A stretch of 62,948 bases of DNA, filler included, from Neoconidiobolus thromboides FSU 785 (GCA_025603075.1; 4 parts of 4 records of this genome joined end to end with filler, not necessarily neighbours in it), one strand, 5' to 3'; shown: positions 37,946 through 51,667, counted from the first letter of the whole stretch. Notes: generated by a model not told the origin, from the sequence alone. Made by a program: numbers and translations.

Positions 37946-38052
37946 ATATGGGGATGTATTTTTGTGTTTAAGAATTTTACCAACAAATTCTCCGCTTAAA
38001 TAGCGCTTGAAAAATGGAAAAAACAATGAAGTCAAAAAAAACACTCCCATAT
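37946..38052 (+). mobile_element. MITE family A copy 12 (full length)
   Basis: atat-GGGGATGTATTTTTG...AAAAAACACTCCC-atat; the right ATAT is shared with the family B terminus. Confidence 0.8.
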
Positions 38053-38118
38053 GGGGTTGTCTGAATTAGTTTCATTATTTTATCCAATTTTTGAAAAATT
38101 TTGTATTTTAAAAACTTC
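38049..38118 (+). mobile_element. Family B TIR-element terminus running into the gap
   Basis: atat-GGGGTTGTCTGAATTAGTTTCATTATTTTATCCAATTTTT; ~50 bp are homologous to 56303-56356 in reverse, and 24 bp to 62820. Confidence 0.6.
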
Positions 38119-38218
38119 NNNNNNNNNNNNNNNNNNNNNNNNNNNNNNNNNNNNNNNNNNNNTTAATTAATTAANNNNNNNNNNNNNNNNNNNNNNNNNN
38201 NNNNNNNNNNNNNNNNNN
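38119..38218. other. Artificial contig linker
   Basis: N44-TTAATTAATTAA-N44. Confidence 0.95.
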
Positions 38219-38547
38219 CATGGGATTGATTTCCTCTGGACTCGAGAACACAACAGCTTAGGCGATTGTTATGTTATAATTAACCATGGGACTGACAAAG
38301 CGATATTTCACATCCCTGATATTTCAAGCATTTAATAAAGCCACTACGTTTTCTTAATAGTATTTTACGTAGATTTTAGACTAGTATTGTCTATTCTATT
38401 TACCTTACATAGTCTGTGGCCTATTACGAGTTATTCTTCATAATCCAAATCTATCTTAGTCACATAAACTAAGGCCTTTCAACTTATAGTGTAGTTAACC
38501 AGGCAATAACTGTTTTTGACTCCAACCACTGAGTACTAGATTTCACA
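38219..38547. mobile_element. Possible LTR or other repeat terminus at the contig start
   Basis: A relatively GC-richer non-coding block that ends abruptly in ...TTTCACA (TGTGAAA on the - strand) before an almost pure A/T tract. It abuts a gap. Confidence 0.25.
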
Positions 38548-38559
38548 ATTATTTTTAAA

Positions 38560-38594
38560 CTTTTATTTTTATTTTTATTTTTATTTTTATTTAT
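38560..38594. repeat. (TTTTTA)n simple repeat
   Basis: About five to six units of ttttta. Confidence 0.6.
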
Positions 38595-38658
38595 GTTAAA
38601 TTTGAGACTTTTACATTTATCAAAAAACTATATTAAAGCTATAATTCATAATAATACT

Positions 38659-38762
38659 GTTTGGGGCTGTTTTTTTTGGTTTCATATTCTTCCATTTTTT
38701 AAGCGCTATTTGAGTGGAAAGATTATAGTAAAATTCTTAAACAAAAAAACACATCCCCATTT
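38659..38762 (-). mobile_element. MITE family A copy 13
   Basis: gttt-GGGG...ACATCCCC-attt. Confidence 0.75.
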
Positions 38763-38938
38763 ATTAGTTTTTATTTTTATTTTTCTCAAAATATTAATTT
38801 TATATATTATTTGATTAAATTTATTATTATTATTATTAGTAAACTTTAATAGTTTTTTTCCTTTATAGAATTTTATAAATCCTGGGTTATTATAAATAAT
38901 TGTTAAAATTAACATAAATAGATTATAATGTTTATATT

Positions 38939-39042
38939 CTATGGGGGTGTTTTTTTTGACTTTATTATTTTTTTCTTTTAAACACTATTTAAGCAAAAAA
39001 ATTGTTAGTAAAGTTCTTAAATCTAAGAATATATCTCTATAT
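38939..39042 (-). mobile_element. MITE family A copy 14 (diverged)
   Basis: GGGGGTGTTTTTTTTGAC...AAACACTATTTAAG...GTTAGTAAAGTTCTTAAA. Confidence 0.65.
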
Positions 39043-39283
39043 GTTTTTTCCTACTATATCAAAATTTAGCTATAAAATAAAATAGTTACATATTTATATA
39101 TTATTGATATTATTATAGCATTAATAATAGAGTGGTTATATTTAATTTATATAAAATATTTATAAAAAAACACAATAGCTTTATTAAACAATAGTACTAA
39201 AAAATGATTCAAAAATAAAAGATAATTATTGGAAAGTTTTTTTGTATTTTTTATTAAAATACTGCATATAGAAAGTAGAATAA

Positions 39284-39384
39284 TAATGGGGATGTATTTT
39301 TGTATTTAAGAATTTTACTAATTTTTCCATTCAAATAGCACTTAAAAAATAGAAAAATAATGAAATTAAAAAACATCCTCAATA
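39284..39384 (+). mobile_element. MITE family A copy 15
   Basis: GGGGATGTATTTTTGTATTTAAGAATTTTACTAA...AAAACATCCTC. Confidence 0.75.
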
Positions 39385-40196
39385 GTGAATAGTGATTTTT
39401 ATTATAATAATTAAATACAAATTCTAAATAAAAGTAATTTTGTAATTAAAAGATAAATTTTTTTAATAAAAAATTTAAATAAAAGAACTTTAAATTAACT
39501 ATGCATAAATTTAAATGATTATTATACAATCAGTTATAAGGCTGATAAAATAATAATTTGGAGTAAATTATTTGATTAATTAAAAAGTAATAATTTTAAT
39601 AATTTTGATCTATCTTAATTTAACAGATATTTTTTTTAAAGTTAAAAGTTGAAGTTAAAAATAGTTAGAGGTGATTTTATGCTTATTTAATTTTATATTA
39701 AAATTTGATAAATGCTCTCATAGAAATCAACATTTTTAATGTAATTAATCCAGGAATTAAAACAAAGAAAAATTATATTATTCTCAACTATGTTTATTAA
39801 TATCCTTGTCTTATTTGTTTTTTTTAAATAAAAATTATACTAGCTTAAAAATACTTATGAAAATAGTTCAATATTTAGTACTGTGGACTTATATTATCAA
39901 AATAATAGTATTTAAAACGCTTTTTTATTAATGTTTTTATTGAATTTAGTAAAATCCTCTAATCATCCAAATTTAATTATTTTAATTCTTCTTATTCCTT
40001 ATTTTGTACTAATGGGTCATTAACTTGTGTCAATAAATTCAATCTTTTAATAGAACTTTAATATCAATCAATAAATCAACTATAAAATAAATTAAATATA
40101 TATAAAAAAATAAAACTCAATAGCTTTAATTTTATATTTTAAAAATACATTTATCTTTTAAAATCTAATTCTTATCTTCTTTATCATCTGATTCAT

Positions 40197-43100
40197 TTAT
40201 TTTAATTGTTCTAGAGTTTCTAATACCAACTTCAATACTTCTTTTGATCCTTGATAATTTTCTCTTAATTGATTAAATGTTGTATTAATAGTTTCATTGA
40301 CCATTTCCATTTCTTTTTGCATTTTTTTAACTAAAATAAACGCTTCATAATCTTCTCTATTTTTCATTAATTTTATGAAATTTTGATATTCTTTGATAAT
40401 AATTTTACTAACTATATTAATGATACTAAGTTGATTATAAATTAATTTTTGACTGGAGTTGAATTGTGTAATATCTTGTGTTTGACTTAAATTCATTTTA
40501 TTTTGATTGAATTGAATTGTTATTGTTTTATTTAATATTATTATTAAATCTAATAATAAATAATAGTTTAATATTGACTTATTACTATTACTATAATTAA
40601 TCGTCATTTCTTCCTTTTGAAACTTCCAACTTTTGAATTGATTTTCTTGATAATTACTATAACCATAACCGTAAATTTTAGCATGAGTCTCTACTACTCT
40701 CAAACCTTCCAATAGTATATTAAACAATAAAAATTGTTTCATCTTATTCTCTGAACAATTCATTAATCTCATATCATAATTTCGAATTAAATAAACTTCT
40801 AATAAATTATTTTGGGATTCTTCTCTCATATTATCATTTATTATCCATTTTATTAATGAATTAATTATACTACATAAATAACTATATTCTAATGATAATA
40901 TAATTTCATTTTCATTTTCATTTTCATTTTCATTATTCTTTAATTCTCCTTCTATCTTCACTTGTCCTTTTAAAATCAATAAACTATATCCATTAGCTAA
41001 TAAATCTAAACAATAAATTTGAGTAATATCCAATTTCGTTACATTAGTCTCAAAAGTATAATTTTCTTTTAATAAATTATCTCTGCACTTATTTAAAATC
41101 AATTTAAATTCCTTTTCTTCAATTAAATCTTTAAAATAAAGCTCATTAATAATAGTTAAATAAACACATAAAATCATAGTATTAGTACTATTAATTTCTA
41201 AATCTTTCAAATCATCTCTTTGAAATTTCATTATATTTGTTGCTTCAAATCGTTTAATAAATTGGATCTTTGTATAAAATTCAGGTATATTAAAATATTG
41301 AATTATTTTAATAATTAAATTTAATAATTGATATGCAAATAATCTTAATTCCTTTTCATTTTTAGTTAAATAATTAAAAAAATCATTACATAAAGTAATC
41401 AATATTAACTCACTTGCTTCTTTCATTGAATTATTAATATTAAATTGATATTTTATATTATACAATGTTAATTTAGAGTTGGAATTAAATTGTTGATTAT
41501 TATTTAATAATAATATTGAATTTGATAACCAACCTTGTGTATAAGCTATTGAAAATAAAGAATTCAAAGCCTCTATTAAATTACCTTTAATAGAATTAAA
41601 ACTTTCAGTTTCCAATTTATTTTCTTGAATCTTTGATAATTTTAAATAATCTGAAAATAAAGTAATTACTAAATTAAAAAATATTTCAGATAATAAATTC
41701 TGATTCATTGATTGTTTTCCATTTACTTTAATATAATTACTTAATATTATAATACATTGATACCAATTTTTAGTGTCTAATAATATTAATTCAATTTCTT
41801 GATTACTTTTAAAATTTGTTTGATTTCGCCATATTAAATTAAATTGAATTAATTGAAATATTTCTATAAAAATAAGATTAATATCATTACATTCTAAATT
41901 ATTGATTGTATTTAATCCATTTAATAAATTCAATATTAACAAAGATAAGTTAATAAAACCAAATTCATTAAAATTATTATTTAATTGATCAGTTTGATTA
42001 ATTACTAATTTTGATTTTTCAATTAATTTTTTAATTAAATTTAATTTTTCAATTGAATTAAAATATTTATTATTATTATTATTATTCATAATAATTTTAA
42101 TAAATTGATTGAAATTTTTAATTAAATTTTGATTTAAATAATTATCTAAATATTCCTCATTAATTATCTTAATGTTATTAATAATTAAATTAACTTCATC
42201 TATTTCAATCAACTGTTGATTCATTAATATATTTTTAATAGCTTGAATATCATACATAAATTTCATCTTATTATTATCATATATTGAATTAAAAGTGTTG
42301 TTATTATTTGAAAATACTTTAATTAAATTTAATGGTAAATTTAATTTTAAAAATTGTTGTTCCAATAACAAAAAAGTATTACTCTTTTTATAGAATAATA
42401 ATATATCTTCTAATATTTTATCAAATTGTTCAAATATTACTAATTGTTTAATGAGTTTTAATAATATTGAATTATTATTGATATTATTAAATAAACTCAA
42501 TTCATTGAAATATTCCAGTTCATTAGTAACAATCGAATAACAATATGAATAACTAGAAATTGATAAACTATTATTATTATTGTCTTTTTGTAACAAATTA
42601 ATAACTTTTAATAAAAATGTCCAAATATCGCTATTATTTAATAATAATTGAATTTCTTTTTGATATTGTTTTCTATTAAGCCAAATATTATTCAAAAATC
42701 TTAAAAATAGATTTAATTGATTTTGTTGATTTTGCATTGAATTATTTAATTTATCTATGATTTTTTGAATGGAATTGATTATGGAATATTTTTTTGGTTC
42801 ATCATTGATAATGTCACGATTAATATTTGTTTGATTTGAATCGCCAATAAATAATTTATAAAATAAATCATTATTGATAATTATTAAATTAAATAATAAA
42901 TTATATGTTTGATTTTGAATATTTAAATTAATAATGTCGGAAGTTAATATAAAATAAATACGTTGAATCAAATTATCTAGATTTAATAAAAGGATTGTTG
43001 TAATACTAAATTCCACTTGAAATTCATTTAATAATGTAAATATTTCAATTAATACTTTAGTTGTAATATCATAAATATTTAGGTTGGATGAATTGATTAA

Positions 43101-45945
43101 AACTAATAATAAATTTGATATTAAATCATTGAGATTGACATTTAAATGAGTAAATAATTCCATAAAAATATCATCAATTTCAGCACCAAATTTCAACTTC
43201 ATATGACTTCTGTTTACTAATATTTTATATAATAATTGTAAACTATCTTTTAAATTAGATTCCATAATTAAACTGTATTGATATTGTCCTTTAAGAATAT
43301 ACTCTTCTTTCTTTTCAATAACTAATTCAATATTACGAACAATTAATTTCAAATAACTAATATTAATTTTGTTATCATAAAATTGTAATCTAATATGATC
43401 TAATAATTCAATAAATTCAATTCTATATAAATTGGTGCCAAAATCAAAGATAACCTCATAAAGTTTAAAACATTTGGATATAATTGAATAAAATGAATTT
43501 GGATTATAATTATATTCATTTGAAAAATTTAAAAATAAATCCGATAATAAAGTAGATAATATTGGATAAATAAATTGTTTTATATTGCATTTCAATTGTA
43601 AATAATCATCATTATTAATATCCTTTGATTTCTTATTAAAACATTCTGAAAGTAAAATATCATGAATAAAGTAAGATAAAATTTGACTTAATAATTCTAA
43701 ATAAGTAATAGTAGTATTAACATTATTACTTATGTTATTAAGTTGATTATTATTATTATTATAATTAAAATAATCTTTTCTATCAATTATAAAATTAATA
43801 ATATCTTTTGAATAATAATAAAATAATTGGTTCATTAAATCTAACATATTATTGAAAATAATTAATGCTTTACTGTTATCTTCTTTAAATCTTTGATAAA
43901 TTAAAAAATAACTTTGTAAAATACAAGTTATATTATATTCTTTTTGATTTTCTTCTAAAAATGAATTAACTAATTGAATAAAATCATTTGGATAATAAGT
44001 AGTAATATGCTTAATTAAAACTAATGTTGGTACTATTAAATCCTCAAAAGCAGTTGAATTATTATTATTAATATTGAAATTAATTCCAATTTCATTTAAA
44101 AATTCCAATAAATAAGACCAACCTGAATAATTTAATGACCAATGAATTAAACAATTATCACTATTATTATTATCTTCAGTTGTAATAATTCCACGACAGT
44201 ATTTAGGTAAAATTATTTGGTTTTTTGTACTGATCGATAATCTAATGTTTTGTTTAGTTTCAATAATAGTATAATTATCAGATAAGTATTGATAAGTAGA
44301 ATCTAATAATTCAGGTATAAATGGAATACAAGCAACATCTAATTTGGCCAAATAATAAGCCATTGAACTAGCTGAATATCCAGAAGGACCTATTAAGGAA
44401 TTGAGTACAATTAAAAAAGGTTTATAATAAGTTGGAAAGAATCGTTTAAAACAATCCAAAAAAAAGCGTTGAGATTTATAATTAAATTCTTGTTTCCAAT
44501 ACAAATCACATAATTCAACTTCATTATAAAACAATCTCGAGATCATTTTAGAATAATCATTTATATAACTGGAAATAAAATGTGGATAAACATTACAAAT
44601 TGAAAGTAAAAAGGGTTGAATTGTTTTTTTTAATAATGTAGCTAACATACAATTGGGATTAAGTATAGATGAAGTCATAATTGAATTGAGTTTTTCCAAA
44701 AATTCGTTTTCAATAGCTAAGTTATAGTAATATTGATAAAATATTACACTTTCATTATTGATTGATTTTGGATTATTAATATTACAATTAATTAATTTAC
44801 TTACTTCACTATTAGTATCTGAAAATTGAGTTTTATGAAGATTACCAAAAATAGAAATAGTCATCAACATAGGTGAATTCAAATTCTTAATTGGAATATT
44901 ATTGAATGCTTTTAATAACTCAGCTAATTCATTAGATTGAAAAGTAGGATCACTAAGTTCAACAATATCATCATGAACTAATTTATTTAATTGAAGTATT
45001 TGAATTAAAATAGCTAACTCTAATGTTTTGATATTATTAAATTCATTTTTGAATTTATTGAATAATTGAATAGTTGAAAAGGGACGATTTGATTGAATAT
45101 ACCAACCACGAAATAAATTAATAAACCATTTAGAATGTTGTGAATTTTCAATAATTAAAAATACTACTTCTAATATAACTTTATATTCTAATAAAGTTTG
45201 TAATTGAATTTCATTAATTAATTCCATTTTTATATTCCATAGATTATTATTGATTTGTTTTAATAACCTTCTAACTAATTTTTTTGTACTTGCTTCATCC
45301 GGTAAGAGCTGTTTATAAATTAACATTGCATAAGAATTAAAAGAATCTTTCTCATTTAAATTGGCTTTGAGTATTTCTACTAATATATTATAACTTAATA
45401 ATCTCTCTTCAAAATAAAATTGAGTAAAAGCATTCATTAAGGATTGAAATTCAGTTGCAATACTAAACGATTGTTTTCTATTATTATTGATTTTGGAATA
45501 AAAAAATAAGTGATCCCATTCTACTTTAAAATATCTAGAGCCTAAGAAACATTTAAATAATTGAAAACAAAGTTTAGTTTCTAATTTGAAATAGCTTGAT
45601 ATTTCTTGAACTAATATCCTTTCCCCTTCAGACACATCATAAATAATATTATCGATTTCAATAGTTGTTATATTATTTGAAAATGGATCATCTGTATTTT
45701 GATTATAAATTTCAATTCCTAATGACAATCGATCTAAATTCTTAATAATTTCTTCTTTCAAACTTTCAGGTTCCAATTTATCTTTAATTAATAATTGTTG
45801 ATATGTATTTGAAAAAAGCCTAATAAACAAATGAGTATAACAGATGGTAAAAATATAATATATAGAATTACCTTGATTTTAATAACTCTTTAGAAAAATA
45901 TGTTTTTCCATCAATTACTATATTTCTTGGAGGATGGTAGTTCAT
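40197..45945 (-). CDS. NUP188: Large helical nucleoporin, Nup188-like; one ~5.6-kb exon plus a short 5' exon (start uncertain)
   Basis: 1877-aa ORF with Nup188-type motifs FYFEERL, LYWKQ...FLDCFKRFFPTYYKPFLIVLNSL and HWSLNYSGWSYLL. An intron acceptor lies near 45820 with a donor at ~45871. Confidence 0.7.
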
Positions 45946-46140
45946 TATTTCAATGCAAAAGTAGAAATTTTAAATTTCTTACAATTTTTTAAAGATTAAT
46001 ATTTGATCAAAATTCCATCACTGTTTACAGATTTTGTCATCTAATGGATCAAAATTAATTATGGGAAGTTATATAACTTAAGTTAATCTTATTATCCAAC
46101 CTTAATGGTTTGTTTTTCATCACAATAAAAGCAAAAAAGT

Positions 46141-47454
46141 ATGGCAGCTGAATTAAGGTAAAATAAATAAAACTAAAAAGAATGAAGCTGATAATTTAAT
46201 TAGTACAAACTGGGCAGATGAAGTTGGTGAAGAATTAGGTAGTTAACGAATAACTTTTAAAAAAAGGATTTATTTTTAATTATTATACAAATTAGATCGT
46301 TATGCACCTAAATCTTATACAGATGAAAATGGGTTAAAAGTATTTATTGAATATAAAGACAGTGATGATGGAAAAAAAATTAAAGTATATAATAACTAAA
46401 AATAAGATTCCAAAAAAATAATTAATCCTAATTTAGGTCACTAGAAAAATTAAGTTAACATTAAAAAAAGAACAAGTTAATAAAGCAGTAGCACAAAGAA
46501 AAGTAACTTTATTTATTTTATAATAAAAAAAGGAGACATTAATACTTGATCCTAACTAATTAGAAGTGGGAAAAGTTTGGTGATGAAAAGGGTAGTGCCC
46601 CAGGCCCCAATTTACAAACGACTAGTGTAGGAGAACAAATATTTTTAAAATTATCTATGAATCAAGTAATTTTTTTAATCTTATTTCTATTGGTAAATTT
46701 CAATATTAATTAATATTAATTAATTTAGAATTTCAATGAAGAAGATGATGATAGCAAACAAAAAGAACAATTAAAAGGCAAAAAAATTTTATGTCGTATT
46801 TGTAAAGGCGATCATTTCACTAGTAAATGTCCATATAAAGATACCCTTCAACCAATGGATGAGTTAACGGTTGCTTCCAAAGCCGCCGAATCTAAAACTG
46901 GTAAGTTGAAAAGAAAACAATATATTAGGAATTTGTTATTATTTGTTTTGGGTTTTTATTAACCCTCTTTTTTTAATTAATAGGTGATGCTCCATCAGGT
47001 AATAGATATATGGCACCTCATTTACGTCGTAGTGGTGGGGATGCTCCAGCAGGTGAATCTCTTCGTGATAAAAGAGGTAAGTTATATTATTGTATGTAAT
47101 TTTAACTAAATTGAATATTAACTGCTTCTTTTTCTTAACTTTAGATGATTCTGCTTCTCTTCGAGTTACAAATTTATCCGAAGATACAAGAGAGGGAGAT
47201 GTTAATGAATTATTCCGTAAATTTGGAAATATTCAACGTGTTTATCTTGCTAAAGATCATGAAACTGGTCGTTGTAAAGGATTTGCATTTGTTTCTTATT
47301 ATGATAAATCAGATGCTGAAAAAGCACGTGCTGCTTTGGATGGTCATGGTTATGATAATCTTATTTTAAGAGTGGATTGGTCTCAGTAAGTGTTCTTTTA
47401 TATAAGTTTCGATAAAAAAATAATAATATTTTTTATAGACCTTCTAATAAATAA
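46141..47454 (+). CDS. TIF35: Translation initiation factor 3 subunit G, multi-exon
   Basis: TNWADE, KWEKFG, zinc knuckle [15 protein letters not shown] and C-terminal RRM (LRVTNLSED...KGFAFVSY...[15 protein letters not shown]). Confidence 0.95.
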
Positions 47455-47650
47455 ATAGATGAAATTTAAGGCTATTGGGTTCCAAAGTTAATAAATATCA
47501 ATGAAATTTTATTATTATTTTAATAATATATAAACTTAAGATTTAGTATCATTTTTAATCAAACATTTATGATCAAATTTTATTGAAATTTTAGTTAAAC
47601 AATTGTTTAACAAATTCAAACTCTTATTTTTAATTAAAGATTTGGATTTG

Positions 47651-47755
47651 ATATGGGGATGTTTTTTTTGATTTCATTACTTTTCCATTTTTTAAGCGCT
47701 ATTTGAGTGGATAAGTGGTAGTAAAATTCTCAAACACAAAAATGCATCCCCATAT
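47651..47755 (-). mobile_element. MITE family A copy 16, between the convergent TIF35 and TatD 3' ends
   Basis: atat-GGGGATGTTTTTTTTG...AAAATGCATCCCC-atat. Confidence 0.8.
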
Positions 47756-47842
47756 GTTGTTATTTTAGAAAATTAAGCTGAAAATTATTTTAGATAATTG
47801 CAATTCTATTATACTAAATTATACTTTCAACAATTTTAAATT

Positions 47843-49198
47843 TTATTTCAAATTTAAATTACTTTTAAAGAAAATATCTTCAGTTGTATTATAAATAATC
47901 TCGGCTACCTGTTCTATGGGGGTATGATGCAATTGAGACAAAATATGTAAAATATAACTAAAAAAACAATTATTAATAATTTATAAAGAAATATTCAAAA
48001 ATAGAATATTAACTTACTAAACACAACAAGGTTCATTACGAAATTTAACTTGAGATCCTTTAACAAATTTTTCTTTTTTATGAATAGAATAAGGTGTACT
48101 TGGTTGATGTGTTGGATTTTCCATTATCGATTTTAATAAGATGGGATAACTAGGACTTGTTCCACGAATTTCACACCAAGGAGCATCTAAAGAAATTAAT
48201 TTATTATTATTATTATTATCTAATAAATGAATTTATATTATATTAGAATTTACCTGTTTCAATCATAATTTTATTTAATGGAATTTTGGAGACTACTTGT
48301 ATATTAGCATCCGTTTTTAGGGAACTAAACAATAAAAGAAGATTAATATAATACTATATATTAATAAAAATAAAGAATTACCATCCATTAATACCAATAT
48401 ATAAACCTAATTGAATTAAAGCCAAAGCTTCTTCTAAAGTACCATCATAAGAATGAACAACCCCGGTACTAAATTTATCTCGATGTTCCGTAACCATTTG
48501 TAAAAACTCTCCTTTTGTATCTCGATTATGAAAAAATAAAGGTAATCCAATTTCTTTAGCCATCATTAATTGACGTTCAAAGTATCTATAAAATAATAAT
48601 AGATAAAGATTACAAACTAAATAAAGATTAATTTAATAATACTGACTTTCTTTGTACTTCCCTTGGACAAAATTGCAATCGAGCATAATCTAATAAAATG
48701 ATTATTAACTTTTATATTTACGTTATCAAAACTCATTTACCTAATCCACACTCACCAATAGCTACCACTTTATCTTTATTTTCCAAAATTAATTTTTTTA
48801 ATTGTAACTCATAATAATCGGGATTAACTGATTCAAAATCGGTACAACGGGTAGGATGGACTCCAACTGTAGAATATAAATTAAATTGTTGATAAGAACG
48901 TACATATTCTAATGCCGATTGACTTTCTGCTAAATTCGTTCCTGTCACTATAATTTTTTCAACCCCCACACCTTGTGCCCGTTGTAATACACTATCAATA
49001 TCAGCTAAAATGATGTCAAAGGTTTTAAGTGGTAAAGAGAGGGGGATGTAATTTACCTTCATGATATTTTTTATCACGATAGATACCTTGGAACATTGGG
49101 TCGGTTAAGTTGACACCAATATCTATGTAAAGATATCAAGGTTGAGTCATGATTTCAATTTTATTGTCTGTGTTACCTATCATTTTTATTTTAGCCAT
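47843..49198 (-). CDS. TATDN1: TatD family DNase (TATDN1-like), multi-exon
   Basis: MIDIGVNLTDPMFQG, VGVHPT, AIGECGL, LPLFFHNR, GVVHSYDG, YIGING, ETDAPWC and GRNEPC. Confidence 0.92.
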
Positions 49199-49900
49199 TT
49201 TCAGTGTATTTTTGATAGTTTGTAAAGATCGTAGTTTTGTAAATGGACTTATTTTGATTATAATTAATAAAAATTAAAATTTGAAATCTTTTTTTTGAAA
49301 CTTAATTTAATATAACATAAATAATGTTTTTTAAAAAAAAAGGGATTATAAATTTACATCAAAATTATTAAATAAATTAAGTGATTTACCTTATTTCTTA
49401 TTAGCATAATTAAAACGAATAAATTGACCTTAAGGAGATATAAAGAAGTAATTTTAAAAGTAAACATTAAAAACACATCTTGAATTACTTTCTACATTTA
49501 ATTTGTTTTATGTATATCTTATGTTTTCTAATAATAATTCAAAATAAAATAACTTATCTATTGAATTCTACATTTTTTATAATGTATATAAAAATTATAC
49601 TAAATTACTAATTAAAACTTAAAATCAAATATTAATAATTAAAAAGCATTTATTTATTTTGATAATACATGGGCAATTAATACTAATATAAACATCGAAA
49701 TCTCATATGAAGGGCGAGTAATTGTTACAAAAAAGTAAAAAAAGGATACTTCAATGATTGATTAATTTTAATATGAAATTAGCAAAACTTTTGGTAAATT
49801 AATGGCACAAAAGTTATAATTTTAATATAAAAAGCAAAGTTCACAGAACTAGCAAAAAAAAAGTAATTGTTGGAAAAAATTATTACCCATCTTCTATAAT

Positions 49901-51667
49901 TCATTTGACTTTGTTCTATATTGATATAGGTTAGAAATTAATTAATAATAGAAGTAATATCACTAAATATTTACCTTATTTTGAAGCTCTTGTTTAACTA
50001 ATTCAAAATGTTTTAACATTTTCCTTCTTGCTCCTAATGCTGATATTCCTTTTTCACTCAATTCTTCATCTGTAAGTTTAATAATATCTTGCCAAACCAT
50101 ACCGTCAAAAGCTTCAGTATATTTATGCAATCGAAGGGAACGTAACCAAGCAGGTATATCTGAAATTATTTAAAAATCAATCTATAATATAACAATATCA
50201 TCGTTTACCTTGTAAAAGATCAAAATCAACTTTGTTATGTGGTTTCATAAGATGTTTACGAAATGTATTGGGGATATTAGAAAACATATTGCGTGCATTT
50301 TGTGCAAATGCTTCATTTTCTCCTTGACTTTTTCGTTTACTTTTGTCCTTGAATCCCATCCAATTAGATGGTGAAAATGACCCAGAATTAGCATTTAACA
50401 TCGACGGGTTTGGGGTATTTGGCATAGTTTGATGATACATGTTTCTAGGTGGAATACCAGCAGAATAAGTAGTAGTTGGGATATAATTATCACTAAAAAT
50501 ATTAGCTTCCTTTTAGTATTATAAAAATTAGTTTCTTACGATTGTATATTTATAGAAAGCGCATTATGTGTTCTTCGTGATTCATTAAAATGATTGAGGT
50601 TATAGTTATTTGGATTATTGTTTGGATTCTTAAGAAAACTTGGAGATATAGGTGCATTCCATAAATTAACTTCATTTTGCATTTTACCCATACGATTCAT
50701 TGTAATATCCTCTTCATCATTCCATGAAACATTTAAAAGGCCTGGTTCAAACATGGATTTAGGTCGAATTCTATTAGGCATTTCTGGCGATATAGTAGTT
50801 AGATTTCTAGTTTGAGGTGTGAGCCAATCATGTTTTGGTAAACCATTAAAAGTTTCTTCATTAAACGTTGGCGTACGTGAGCCGTAATAAGGTGAGCTTT
50901 GAGCAGTATCCTCTGGTATATCCATTGAAAATGGTTCATAACGTGGCTTACCCATATTGAGATCAAAAGTTACTGGTAATGATTTTCTATATGGGTTTCC
51001 AGAAGTTTTCTTTTTTGTTGCTTCTGCTATTGTTAAAGCTGACATTAATTTTGAAATAGAATCATCTTCTTCGTCGCCATTTTTAGGTTCTTTTAAAACT
51101 TATAAATATACTATTAAATAAAAATAAGGATTTTACCGTCATTAACTGCTTTTGTTAAAACACCAAAGAAAAAAGCTGGTTCTTTATGACATTGTTTTAA
51201 CAAATTTTGAACTATATTAATTTGAGAGGCATCTAATCGTTTAAATAATACACATGCTAAAGTCAAGAGTTGAGATGAATTTAATTGATTAGCCCATTTT
51301 TCAACAGCTTTAACAGGTTCTTTGAAATCTTGATTCGAAAGTTCTCTTTGAATTGAACTTGAAGTAGTATTATAAATCTCCTGATCATAAGATGAGTCAC
51401 CTAAACAATTAGTTAAATACTTAATTTAGTTAAATGATAGTTACTTTGAAATACTGGATAACTTGATAATGAGTTACGATGTCTTCTATGAGTGGCATTA
51501 GGGTTTGAATTGGAGGATAGTTTTTGCTGAGCTTTCTTAAGTTGTTCTGTTCGATTATCTAAGGCACTAACATCCAAACTAATACTTGGTAAATTTTTAC
51601 TTTCATTGAGGTTATCCATTATAAACAGTAAAAAATGCTTTTTTTGGTTTAGGGATTTCTGATCCAT
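49901..51667 (-). CDS. VTS1: Vts1/Smaug SAM-domain RNA-binding protein, multi-exon (ends approximate)
   Basis: The C-terminal exon (missing from the ORF track) reads [15 protein letters not shown]...[19 protein letters not shown]. The N-terminal region [15 protein letters not shown]...Q matches the Vts1 N-domain pattern. Confidence 0.9.

Noticed and set aside
37843-38118. CRISPR-like or satellite array
   Set aside because: The units are ~105-bp dispersed TIR elements without unique spacers, and the sequence is eukaryotic with no cas genes.
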